This document shows, piece by piece, positions 36,829 through 45,489 of a DNA stretch of 64,000 nt. Each line of letters begins with the position of its first letter. Position 1 is the first letter of the stretch. The notes below the pieces were generated by a model. It saw only the letters and a program-made list of their open reading frames with translations, was not told where the DNA came from and ran no database searches. The DNA lies in assembly GCA_945901065.1 (NCBI GenBank), contig CAMDKI010000004.1, positions 331,830 to 395,829 of the forward strand, in the 5' to 3' direction. The position numbers were made by a program, and so were the translations under genes. This DNA comes from Chitinophaga pinensis (GTDB lineage Bacteria; Bacteroidota; Bacteroidia; Chitinophagales; CAIOSU01).

Positions 36829-37905
36829 TTAAAGCCACTCTTGGCGGCGCATCCAAATATACATAGCTATGCCTGTAAACAACATTCCGCATAATACAAT
36901 CGGATAGCCCCAATGGTATTCTAGCTCTGGCATGTACTTAAAATTCATGCCATACACCCCTACAATAAAAGTAAGCGGAATGAAAACTGTAGTAATAACG
37001 GTGAGGGTTTTCATTACATTATTCATCCGGTAGTTTAGCGATGAGTTATACAGATCCATAACACCAGCTAGCAACTCTCGTTGAGCCTCTAAGTCTTGTA
37101 TTACTTGGCTTACATGGTCTAACACGTCGTTAAAGTACTTTTCGTTTTCCTCTTTTACCAGTTCACTTTCGCTACTGGCCAGTTTACGCATTGCCTCTCT
37201 GAATGGTAAAAGTATTTTTCTTAGGAAGATAAATTCCCGTTTTAAGGCAGTTATTTCTTGCACGAGCTTTTTATCAGGCTTGCCAGAGACTTTCAGTTCA
37301 ATCTCTGCCAATCGATTACTAAGGTACTCTACTACTAAAAAATAGTGATCTACTACTACATCTATTAAAGAATATAGCAAATAGTCGGCACCTTTACGCC
37401 GGTGTCTGCCAGTTAGATTCTCAATTCGTTTTCTTACCGCATTAAACACATCTCCCGGCTGCTCTTGAAACGAGAGTAGATAGTCGGTGCCTAAAATAAA
37501 GCTTACTTGCTCGTGCCGTATACCTTCATTTTCAAGGGAAAGCATTTTTAGGGAAACAAAAACATACTGTTGCAAGTCGTCAAATCTTGGCAACTGGTCA
37601 ATATTCAGTATGTCTTCCAGCACCAAAGGGTCTAATTTGTACTCTTTTCCAATTTCCTCGATTAAAAGCACATTTTGCAGCTTGTCAATATCAATCCAGT
37701 TAATGCGGTCAGGTTTTAATAGCGGCAATAATTGGTCGAGCCTATTGCATGTGTTTGTGGTTGTCTCATCGCTGTTGTATGATATGAGGGTAACAACGGT
37801 TTCCATTATGGTTTCATCGCCATTGTAAATCAATGCACCTGGCGATTTGCCTATCATTTCCTTGTACCTTTTATTCCGCTTGTGGGCCATAGGCTTCGCC
37901 TCCAT
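36829..37905 (-). CDS. corA: magnesium/cobalt transporter CorA
   Basis: It has the C-terminal YGMNF motif and two TM helices. Alternative starts at 37890 or 37857 would reduce or remove the overlap with mscS. Confidence 0.88.
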   Translation of the reverse strand: MEAKPMAHKRNKRYKEMIGKSPGALIYNGDETIMETVVTLISYNSDETTTNTCNRLDQLLPLLKPDRINWIDIDKLQNVLLIEEIGKEYKLDPLVLEDILNIDQLPRFDDLQQYVFVSLKMLSLENEGIRHEQVSFILGTDYLLSFQEQPGDVFNAVRKRIENLTGRHRRKGADYLLYSLIDVVVDHYFLVVEYLSNRLAEIELKVSGKPDKKLVQEITALKREFIFLRKILLPFREAMRKLASSESELVKEENEKYFNDVLDHVSQVIQDLEAQRELLAGVMDLYNSSLNYRMNNVMKTLTVITTVFIPLTFIVGVYGMNFKYMPELEYHWGYPIVLCGMLFTGIAMYIWMRRQEWL

Positions 37906-38767
37906 TTTTGTAAACTACTGTGCGATGAGGATAAGGAATTTCAATTCCCTCCTTATCAAACCTAAGCTTAATGGATCTAAATAAATCGCATTTCATTTCG
38001 AAACCCTCTGGCGACGAGTTTGCCCAAACCCAAGCTCTGAGGTTTACTGATGAATCGCCAAAACCAATTACTCGCGTTTTAACTTTTGGCTCGCCAGCGG
38101 CCAATTCCTCATCACTTCTTGCATCAATACATTTTGGATGTTTATATGCCTCGTCGGCCATTATGGCCATCGCTAAATCCAAATCGGCGCTGTAGCTTAT
38201 ACCCATTTCCAAAAAAACGCAAACGCGCTCTTCGGTTATAGTTGAGTTAACAATTACCTCATTACTGATTACACTATTAGGGATAACGATTCGCCTATTT
38301 TCGAAATTCTTGATTACCGTATGTCTTAGCGTTATATCCTCAACTATCCCTTGCATATTGGTACCTATCGTTATAATATCATCAACCCTGAAGGGCTTGA
38401 AAATGACGATGAAAATGCCACTAATGATATTGGAGAATGCTGCTTGGCTGGCAAAACCTATAATGGCTGCCAAAATACCAGCACTGGCAAACAAGGTAAG
38501 CCCCAGTGCCCTTAGCGACGGGATGGTGTAAAAGATGATTATAGTAGCAATGAGGAATATTACAAAGCTGACACCGTTTTTGGCAAAAGTATATCTAGTA
38601 GGGTCAACTTTTGATGATAGACTGGTTTTACGGAAGTACCGATCAACCAAACCTCTGATAACTCGAGTAGCCAGCACGGCCATTCCCATTACCACTACTG
38701 CAAACACAAAGTAAAAGAAAAATTTGTGCTGGGTTTCTAAGTCAATAAACTGTTCTAGGAATTTCAC
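37871..38767 (-). CDS. mechanosensitive ion channel family protein (MscS-like)
   Basis: 298 aa with three N-terminal TM helices, the MscS beta-domain (PFRVDDIITIG...GIVEDITLRHTVIKNFENRRIVIPN) and a C-terminal alpha/beta domain. Confidence 0.88.
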   Translation of the reverse strand: MKFLEQFIDLETQHKFFFYFVFAVVVMGMAVLATRVIRGLVDRYFRKTSLSSKVDPTRYTFAKNGVSFVIFLIATIIIFYTIPSLRALGLTLFASAGILAAIIGFASQAAFSNIISGIFIVIFKPFRVDDIITIGTNMQGIVEDITLRHTVIKNFENRRIVIPNSVISNEVIVNSTITEERVCVFLEMGISYSADLDLAMAIMADEAYKHPKCIDARSDEELAAGEPKVKTRVIGFGDSSVNLRAWVWANSSPEGFEMKCDLFRSIKLRFDKEGIEIPYPHRTVVYKNGGEAYGPQAE

Positions 38768-38852
38768 GGCTAATTATCGGTTATTAGTTCTGCCAGTTAA
38801 TGGCACTAAGATAAATAAACCAATTAACTGATTACCTAATAACTAATTAACC
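38768..38852. repeat. inverted pair of AT-rich periodic tracts forming a long imperfect hairpin
   Basis: ggctaatta (38768-76) and gttattag (38780-87) are complementary to ctaataac (38836-43) and taattaacc (38844-52). The loop is about 48 nt. Confidence 0.55.
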
Positions 38853-39139
38853 TTTTGGTTGGTATGTTCTTCAATAATCTCGTAGCTGGCATACTCAGGC
38901 TCAGCAGCCTTTCCACTTCTGGTTACTTTAATCCGTGGTGCTTTTTGTCTTTGCGATAGCGCCCTAAAGAAAGTCTTTGTTTTGGCATAAAACATAAACA
39001 AAGAGAGAGCACATAATGCTACTATAATTACCAAAGGTAGCAATACTAATATAAGCAAAAGCACAAGTCCAGAAAGCACGGGGCTACTAGTTCTGTATTG
39101 TTTTGCTTGATTGAAAAGATTGATATACTGTACTTGCAT
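38843..39139 (-). CDS. hypothetical small membrane protein
   Basis: 98-aa ORF with one long hydrophobic segment (LSGLVLLLILVLLPLVIIVALCALSLFMFY). I recognised no other motif. Confidence 0.45.
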   Translation of the reverse strand: MQVQYINLFNQAKQYRTSSPVLSGLVLLLILVLLPLVIIVALCALSLFMFYAKTKTFFRALSQRQKAPRIKVTRSGKAAEPEYASYEIIEEHTNQKVN

Positions 39140-39240
39140 GGGGGCTAAATTAGTACAATTGACGCATACCTATAAGCGTTTATTGCAAATGGTGGGGTTA
39201 AAAACTGTTAAATCAAATGATAATCAATGAAAGAACTTAC

Positions 39241-39248
39241 TAGTTTTG
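39241..39248 (+). promoter_or_regulatory. candidate -7 box TAGTTTTG 4 nt upstream of the ATG
   Basis: The sequence tagttttgggttATG is an exact TAnnTTTG match. Confidence 0.4.
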
Positions 39249-39252
39249 GGTT

Positions 39253-40080
39253 ATGACAAAACATACTAGCGAAATATTTGTGACTGTCGATGCCGTGGTT
39301 TTTGGCTTGGGCGCTAATGATGTATCGTTATTGCTAATCCAAAGGAAAAACGAGCCTTTCAAAGGCCAATGGGCACTGCCGGGTGGCTTTGTGGAGAAGG
39401 ATGAAGACTTAGAATTGGCTGCTAAGCGGGAGCTTGAAGAAGAAACGGGCCTTAAGGTAGAGGCGATGCAACAGCTTCATGCATTTGGCAAACCCGGCCG
39501 CGACCCAAGGGATAGGATGGTATCGGTAGCATATACGGCAACGGTTCAATTGGCTGAAACTGTTATTAATGCAGCAGATGATGCAGCAGATGCTAAGTGG
39601 TTTAATATCAATCAACTACCAACATTAGCTTTTGATCATTCGGAAGTATTGCAAATGGCTATTGCTAAAGCAAAACCTAGCAACAACTTAACGTTTACTC
39701 AAGTAAAAGAAACCTGCTTGTATGTAACCGACCTTGCCCGTACCCGGGCATTTTATGAAGGCAAGATTGGGTTGGAGTGTATAGGTGAAGTAGCAAATAG
39801 ACACATTTTTTTTAGGGCGGGCAGCTCTGTTTTGTTGTGCTTTATAGCCGAGGCCACTAAAAACGACCAAAGCCTGCCACCCCACTTCGGCTACGGACAA
39901 CAACACTTTGCTTTTGAATGTAAAAAAGAGGATTACCAGTCATGGAGGAATAAATTGGCGAATGCAGGCATACCAATCATACAAGATGTTGAATGGCCTC
40001 GTGGCGGGCGCTCTTTCTACTTTCATGACCCGGATATGAACGTTGCAGAAATAGTGGAACCTGGTATATGGGACGTTTAG
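39253..40080 (+). CDS. Nudix hydrolase fused to a VOC (glyoxalase/bleomycin-resistance/dioxygenase-fold) domain
   Basis: The N-terminal half has the Nudix box GGFVEKDEDLELAAKRELEEETGL. The C-terminal half (CLYVTDLARTRAFYEGKIGL...HFAFEC...RSFYFHDPDMNVAEIVE) has the VOC pattern. Confidence 0.8.
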   Translation: MTKHTSEIFVTVDAVVFGLGANDVSLLLIQRKNEPFKGQWALPGGFVEKDEDLELAAKRELEEETGLKVEAMQQLHAFGKPGRDPRDRMVSVAYTATVQLAETVINAADDAADAKWFNINQLPTLAFDHSEVLQMAIAKAKPSNNLTFTQVKETCLYVTDLARTRAFYEGKIGLECIGEVANRHIFFRAGSSVLLCFIAEATKNDQSLPPHFGYGQQHFAFECKKEDYQSWRNKLANAGIPIIQDVEWPRGGRSFYFHDPDMNVAEIVEPGIWDV

Positions 40081-40094
40081 TTACTGGTGTATTT

Positions 40095-40148
40095 GTTATT
40101 GGTTATTGCTTTACCAATTAACAAGTTAACCGATTAACCAATCAACTA
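40095..40148. repeat. inverted AT-rich periodic tracts between convergent genes
   Basis: gttattggttattg lies opposite ttaacaagttaaccgattaaccaatcaac (ttaac every 8 nt). attggtta (40098-105) is complementary to taaccaat (40135-142). Confidence 0.5.
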
Positions 40149-40151
40149 CCC

Positions 40152-40910
40152 TCAAAACCCACCAACTAGTAAACGCTTAGCGCCATTAATGCCGCACTTT
40201 TGATAGGTATTATATCCGTTGGCTGCCTCGTTTCTTATCACCTCCCTGCTTTCACTTTTTATCCATGCATCCAACGCAAAGCTTAAGGTATATGCCTCTG
40301 GGGCCATTAATCCGGTAGTCCATACCAACGGGTACATTTTGGCAGCTAATACATACCTACTAAAATACTCTTTACTGATGCAAGCCAGTATGATAGCTTC
40401 GCGTTCAATGTTGTCTTTACTTTTAGGTATGTTGTCAAGGTCAAACTCCATTAACCCATCGTGGCCAATATATGCCAGCAAGCTAGCTCCGGAGCCAATT
40501 TCTAAACACTTTTTTCCAATCCGCACGGTATCTCTTTTGTAGCCAGCACCAGCATGCACCATATCATTTATGGCTTGTCTAATCTCTCTGCCCCTATAGG
40601 CATCAGCAACTAGATAAACATTGTCGGTTTTGTGTTTAAAAATGCACCGTTCCAATATCACCGAGTCCTTATCTACTGGTCGGGTTTCCAGCAATTCCCA
40701 ATTGGCATGGCGCTTAAAAAAAGTCTTTACGCCGTAGCCGCAGCCCCAATAAAGGTTATTGCGTGGGTCGTCGCCATTACCAATAGCCATTGGCACTGGC
40801 ACAATACCTTGGTATACATTGTCGCAAAGTGCCACATATACATGTACGGTCTTTTGTGCAAACAACAATGGAGAAAGAACTAGCAAGGCTGCCAAAGTGT
40901 ATAGTTTCAT
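40152..40910 (-). CDS. hypothetical secreted protein (possible clan-CD-like His/Cys pattern)
   Basis: The start is taken at MKLYTLAALLVLSPLLFAQ (signal peptide). It contains LLAYIGHDG and, about 34 residues later, AIILACIS. Confidence 0.6.
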   Translation of the reverse strand: MKLYTLAALLVLSPLLFAQKTVHVYVALCDNVYQGIVPVPMAIGNGDDPRNNLYWGCGYGVKTFFKRHANWELLETRPVDKDSVILERCIFKHKTDNVYLVADAYRGREIRQAINDMVHAGAGYKRDTVRIGKKCLEIGSGASLLAYIGHDGLMEFDLDNIPKSKDNIEREAIILACISKEYFSRYVLAAKMYPLVWTTGLMAPEAYTLSFALDAWIKSESREVIRNEAANGYNTYQKCGINGAKRLLVGGF

Positions 40911-40964
40911 AAACCGATGGTTAGTTTGTGCACACAACCTTAACGATAATAATAAACGACCTTA

Positions 40965-40972
40965 TATCTTTG
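40965..40972 (+). promoter_or_regulatory. candidate -7 box TATCTTTG
   Basis: Exact TAnnTTTG match, 65 nt upstream of the ATG at 41038. Confidence 0.35.
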
Positions 40973-41037
40973 CTCGCAATTTTCTTTTAGTTTAGCGTGG
41001 TTTATTAAATACCTTACACAGTAAAGTAAGTGAAACT

Positions 41038-42027
41038 ATGACAATGGATAAATTGGTAGCTGGATTTGCAGATCAGCTTAGAGAGGCAATAGCGATTGGC
41101 AATGAGATAAAAATGCATGCCTCGAAGGCCGAAACGCGTAACATTATTGTTACCGGTTTGGGTGGCTCTGGTATAGGTGGCAACTTGGTTTCCGAAATTG
41201 TAGGACCTGAATTAAAGGTGCCTTTCCAGGTAAACAAAGAGTATGGACTTCCAAATTATGTTAACGAGCATACTTTAGTTATTTGCTCTTCCTACTCGGG
41301 CAATACTGAAGAAACGTTAGCTGCATTTGATGATGCGCTTAAAGCTAAAGCCAAAATAGTATGTATTACCTCTGGTGGTAAGCTACTAGAACTAGCTAAA
41401 CTGCATAACTTGGACCATGTAGTAATACCTGGTGGAAATCCACCAAGGGCTTGTTTGGGCTATTCTTCGGTTCAGCAAATGTTTGTGCTAAACAGACTCG
41501 GTTTAATAAGCAATAAGTTTGAAGCCGAATTGAACAACACTATTAATTTGCTAGAGCGCGAAAGCGAGCACATAAAAACTTTGGCGCATGCAATAGCAGG
41601 TAAGCTACAAAACAGGATACCAGTGCTTTATTCTGTTACGGATATGGAATCAGTGGCCGTTCGTTTCCGTCAGCAAATCAACGAAAACTCAAAAATGCTT
41701 TGCTGGCACCATGTTGTGCCAGAAATGAACCATAATGAATTGGTAGGGTGGCGTAATCGCATAGGTAATTGGGCCCCAATATTTTTGCGCAGCCGCGAAG
41801 ACTTTGAGCGCAACCAACAACGTATTGAGATAAACAAAGGTATTGTTGCTGAATTTGCCGAGCAAGTGATTGAGATATATGCGAAAGGCGAAAGCCACAT
41901 GGAGCGCGCCTATTATTTGATTCATTTAGGCGATTGGGTAAGCGTATATCTTGCGGAACTAAACGGTGTGGATGCTGTTGAAGTAAAGGTGATTGATCAC
42001 CTTAAAAACGAGCTTGCGAAAATTTGA
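41038..42027 (+). CDS. bifunctional phosphoglucose/phosphomannose isomerase (SIS domain)
   Basis: 329 aa with the SIS motif GLGGSGIGG...CSSYSGNTEET and the family-typical C-terminal half. Confidence 0.8.
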   Translation: MTMDKLVAGFADQLREAIAIGNEIKMHASKAETRNIIVTGLGGSGIGGNLVSEIVGPELKVPFQVNKEYGLPNYVNEHTLVICSSYSGNTEETLAAFDDALKAKAKIVCITSGGKLLELAKLHNLDHVVIPGGNPPRACLGYSSVQQMFVLNRLGLISNKFEAELNNTINLLERESEHIKTLAHAIAGKLQNRIPVLYSVTDMESVAVRFRQQINENSKMLCWHHVVPEMNHNELVGWRNRIGNWAPIFLRSREDFERNQQRIEINKGIVAEFAEQVIEIYAKGESHMERAYYLIHLGDWVSVYLAELNGVDAVEVKVIDHLKNELAKI

Positions 42028-42734
42028 ACACGGGAACAAAGCCTGAAGTAGTTGTTAAAAATCTTGGGTTGGTAGATTATCAATTAACTTGGGATTATCA
42101 GCAACAACTAATGGATGAGTGCATTTCCCGCAAATTATCGAATCGCGGGGCTGAACATCCAACAACACAGCAACATTATCTTTTGCTTTGCGAGCACCCA
42201 GCAGTTTTTACGTTGGGCAAAAGCGGCAGCATGAGCAACCTATTGGTTAGCGAGCAAGAGCTGCAGGAGCGAGGCGTAAATTTCTATAAAATTAACCGAG
42301 GTGGCGACATTACACACCACGGCCCAGGGCAGTTAGTTGGCTACCCTATACTAGATTTGGATGAGTTTTTTACCGACATCCATAAGTACCTTCGTTTTCT
42401 TGAAGAAGCCATTATACTTACCCTTCTTGACTTTGGTATAGTAGCTGGAAGATTGGTTGGTGCCACTGGCGTGTGGCTTGACCCTGAAAATGCTTTAAAA
42501 GCAAGGAAAATATGCGCTATGGGTATTCGCGCAAGCCGATGGGTTACTATGCATGGCTTTGCGCTAAATGTGAATAACAACCTAGACTATTTTGATTGGA
42601 TAATACCTTGTGGCATAGATGACAAGCAAGTAACCAGTATGCGAAAAGAACTCGGCCATGATGTTTCTATGGAGGATGTTAAATCGCTCTTTCAGCGGCA
42701 CTTCTCTGATGTATTTGGAGCAGAGCTGGTTTAG
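42024..42734 (+). CDS. lipB: lipoyl(octanoyl) transferase
   Basis: It contains RGGDITHHGPGQLVGYP and KICAMGIR (active-site Cys/Lys region). The TTG start overlaps the upstream stop codon. Confidence 0.9.
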   Translation: MNTGTKPEVVVKNLGLVDYQLTWDYQQQLMDECISRKLSNRGAEHPTTQQHYLLLCEHPAVFTLGKSGSMSNLLVSEQELQERGVNFYKINRGGDITHHGPGQLVGYPILDLDEFFTDIHKYLRFLEEAIILTLLDFGIVAGRLVGATGVWLDPENALKARKICAMGIRASRWVTMHGFALNVNNNLDYFDWIIPCGIDDKQVTSMRKELGHDVSMEDVKSLFQRHFSDVFGAELV

Positions 42735-42764
42735 TTATCAGGGGATTCAAGCGCTGGTGCTGTT

Positions 42765-43772
42765 CTATTTTTTAGTGCTTTTCTGTTGCCACTCCCTTAC
42801 CGCGGTATCCTTTTTAATTTCTTCTAAAACATTAATTACGATAGTTCTAATAATGCGATTGAGCTCCATATCGCCTTCTTTTTTGTTTATTAGGGCATCA
42901 AAAACCTTGCCGGCAACTTCCTCAATTTGCACGTTTTCTTTACTTGCCAACTGTTGCATAACATTATCAATACCTTGAAATATTCCCTCACTGATAGTAT
43001 TTTCAAGTTTTTGAGCCACCGCTTTGCCTACTACCGGAATGCTAACTAATGTTTGTATCGGTGCGCTTTCGCTCATTATTTTTTCCACCATTTCCTGTAT
43101 CTGGCGTTCTATATCATCTTTGTTAGGTGCGTACTCATTTGCTGCAGTATTACGCACTTTATTGGCCATCCAATCAATAATTTCTTGCCTATGTGGATAA
43201 ACAGCTTTGTACACTAAGTGCCCTTCAGGATCTGGTTCAGTTTCTTTTTCAACTCCCTTTTGAATGCTGGTTAACAAACGAATAATAACCAAGTCGGAAA
43301 TTTCTTCTACAAAAATGTCTTTTACAAACATCAATTGTTTGTAGGCGTACCATTTGGTTACATCAATAATGCCCATACGCTGCAAGCGGTAAACAATTGA
43401 CACAAGCCTTAAAACCCTTAAAACTCTAAAGTAACCTGCCGGAATGAGCCCAAGTATATCGTAAAAGTGGATAATGGGATAATAAAACCAACGATGATAT
43501 ACACCGTTAATAACCGCTCCAGCCCACCGAAACAAAAATTCGATTAAAAATACTACCACGAACCAAAAATCGTAGTTGCCAAAATTATCGTGAATAGGCA
43601 GGTAGAATTGGTAAAAGTCAGGCAAATTAGTTTCAATAAACAACCTTAGGGTATTATTTTCCCACAGGAAATCGAAAGCAAACCATAGTAAATTGATGAC
43701 CAAAACAAGGGTCATTATCAAATCAATAGAGAAAACCCGAACATCTTCTCTCTTTAGTTTTATTGCTGCCAT
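42765..43772 (-). CDS. voltage-sensor-domain (S1-S4) membrane protein without a recognisable pore domain, with a soluble C-terminal domain of about 190 aa
   Basis: It has four N-terminal TM segments. The S4-like segment FRVLRVLRLVSIVYRLQR carries Arg at every third position. Acidic residues sit in the S2-like (FLIEFLFRW) and S3-like (HFYDILGLIP) segments. There is no further hydrophobic pair or selectivity-filter-like segment. Confidence 0.7.
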   Translation of the reverse strand: MAAIKLKREDVRVFSIDLIMTLVLVINLLWFAFDFLWENNTLRLFIETNLPDFYQFYLPIHDNFGNYDFWFVVVFLIEFLFRWAGAVINGVYHRWFYYPIIHFYDILGLIPAGYFRVLRVLRLVSIVYRLQRMGIIDVTKWYAYKQLMFVKDIFVEEISDLVIIRLLTSIQKGVEKETEPDPEGHLVYKAVYPHRQEIIDWMANKVRNTAANEYAPNKDDIERQIQEMVEKIMSESAPIQTLVSIPVVGKAVAQKLENTISEGIFQGIDNVMQQLASKENVQIEEVAGKVFDALINKKEGDMELNRIIRTIVINVLEEIKKDTAVREWQQKSTKK

Positions 43773-43832
43773 TTAGAATTTTAAAATTTCGGATTTTAGC
43801 TGTCGAGCACAAAAATAGCGATTAGCTAAAAG

Positions 43833-45206
43833 TTATGACAACTTAGTGGCGCTTGTAATTTCACTAGCCAGTTCGTTGAGGTCTAAACCGTCAAAGTTTC
43901 CGCTACTCATCATTAACAAGTTCGTTTCTTGCCAATTTTGTTTAGAAAGATACTCTTTCAGGTCAGAGCCCTCAGTGAATACTTGAATATTGTTTTGGTC
44001 AAACTCACCTTTCACATCATTGGCGCTTATAGGCGGCAATCCTTTTATACTTAACGCATGCGAATTAAAGAACACAATCGGTACATCGGCCTCTTTCATA
44101 CTACCTTTATATTCCGATAGAAAATCCTTGTTTAAGCTACTGTATGTATGCAACTCCATAACCGCTACGAGCTTCCTTGCAGGATACTGCTCTTTAAGAG
44201 CAGCAGTTGTGGCGGTTAGTTTTGATGGCGAATGGGCAAAATCTTTATAGACGACCGTTGAGCTACCTTCTGCTACCTTTTCTAACCGTTTGGCAGCGCC
44301 TTTAAATGTTTGAATCGCGGCAAAGAAATCATCATCAGATATACCCAATTGAGCGCAGACATTTCTTGCGCCTTCAAGGTTCTGAAGGTTATGCTTGCCA
44401 AAAACTTCCAGTTTCCGTTCCTTTCCGTCCTGCAATATATAAGTCCTATTATCTCGCACGATATAATTAGGGGTAGAATAGGGTATTTTAACTATTGAAG
44501 CGTCAGATTGAAGCGCAATCTGCCTGAGCAACGTATCTTCTAGGTTGTATATCAATTTGCCTTTTGTAACTATAGTATCAACAAATGTGGCAAACTGCGC
44601 CACATAGTTATCGAAGGTAGGAAAAACGTTGATATGGTCCCAAGCTATACCAGTAAGCAACGCAATGTGTGGGCGGTAAAGATGAAACTTGGGAATACGT
44701 TCAATTGCTGATGAAAGGTATTCATCGCCCTCAATTACCACAATTGGTGCGTCATTGGTTATTTTAACGGTTAGGTCAAAACCTTCGATTCTTGAGCCAA
44801 TTAAATAGTCAAAATTCAAATTGTTGACGCGAAGTACGTGCATAATCATGCCCGTAATGGTAGTTTTTCCATGACTACCGCCAATTACCACCCTTGTTTT
44901 GTCTTGTATTTGCTGGCCAACAAAAGCTGGAAAAGAAAATATTTTTAATCCCAACTCTTGCGCGCGAAGTAGTTCGGGGTTGTCTTTTTTAGCATGCATG
45001 CCTAATATTACAGCATCTAAATCTTCATTTATGCTGTCAGGGTTCCAGCCAATGCTGGCAGGCATTAGGTTCTCGTTTTTCAACAAGGTCAGCGCCGGTT
45101 CAAAAATTTCATCATCCGAACCTGTAACATTATGTCCACTCCGCCGTAAAGATATGGCGAGATTGTGCATGATACTTCCCCCGATGGCAATAAAGTGGAC
45201 ATTCAT
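43833..45206 (-). CDS. mpl: UDP-N-acetylmuramate:L-alanyl-gamma-D-glutamyl-meso-DAP ligase (Mpl, murein peptide ligase)
   Basis: 457 aa of the Mur ligase family, with MNVHFIAIGGSIMHNLA and the P-loop GGSHGKTT. Confidence 0.85.
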   Translation of the reverse strand: MNVHFIAIGGSIMHNLAISLRRSGHNVTGSDDEIFEPALTLLKNENLMPASIGWNPDSINEDLDAVILGMHAKKDNPELLRAQELGLKIFSFPAFVGQQIQDKTRVVIGGSHGKTTITGMIMHVLRVNNLNFDYLIGSRIEGFDLTVKITNDAPIVVIEGDEYLSSAIERIPKFHLYRPHIALLTGIAWDHINVFPTFDNYVAQFATFVDTIVTKGKLIYNLEDTLLRQIALQSDASIVKIPYSTPNYIVRDNRTYILQDGKERKLEVFGKHNLQNLEGARNVCAQLGISDDDFFAAIQTFKGAAKRLEKVAEGSSTVVYKDFAHSPSKLTATTAALKEQYPARKLVAVMELHTYSSLNKDFLSEYKGSMKEADVPIVFFNSHALSIKGLPPISANDVKGEFDQNNIQVFTEGSDLKEYLSKQNWQETNLLMMSSGNFDGLDLNELASEITSATKLS

Positions 45207-45250
45207 GTGCTAACCTTTAAAATTTTATTAGGACTAGTAGAATTTTGTTA

Positions 45251-45258
45251 TAATTTTG
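45251..45258 (+). promoter_or_regulatory. candidate -7 box TAATTTTG
   Basis: Exact TAnnTTTG match, 93 nt upstream of the small ORF at 45352. Confidence 0.3.
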
Positions 45259-45351
45259 CCAACAAAAACTTTCGGGCACGACTTATGGTTGGTCCTGAAT
45301 AACAAACCAAAACTAAATTACGTTATTAAACTGACACTAAAATAAATCACC

Positions 45352-45486
45352 ATGAAAATGTTCCGCAAACCCGTTACCATGATTGTTGCCGTAGCTATGT
45401 TGGCTCTTACTTTTACTTCTTGCCACCGCGAAGGCTGCCCAGGTCAAATTACCAAAGCCAATGTGGTTGTAGTTGAGCAATGCTAA
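45352..45486 (+). CDS. small lipoprotein (44 aa), below the ORF-track length cutoff
   Basis: The translation is MKMFRKPVTMIVAVAMLALTFTSCHREGCPGQITKANVVVVEQC. It has a positive N-terminus, a hydrophobic core and the lipobox LTFTSC, and its stop lies 3 nt before the ytxJ-like ATG. Confidence 0.45.
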   Translation: MKMFRKPVTMIVAVAMLALTFTSCHREGCPGQITKANVVVVEQC

Positions 45487-45489
45487 GCC

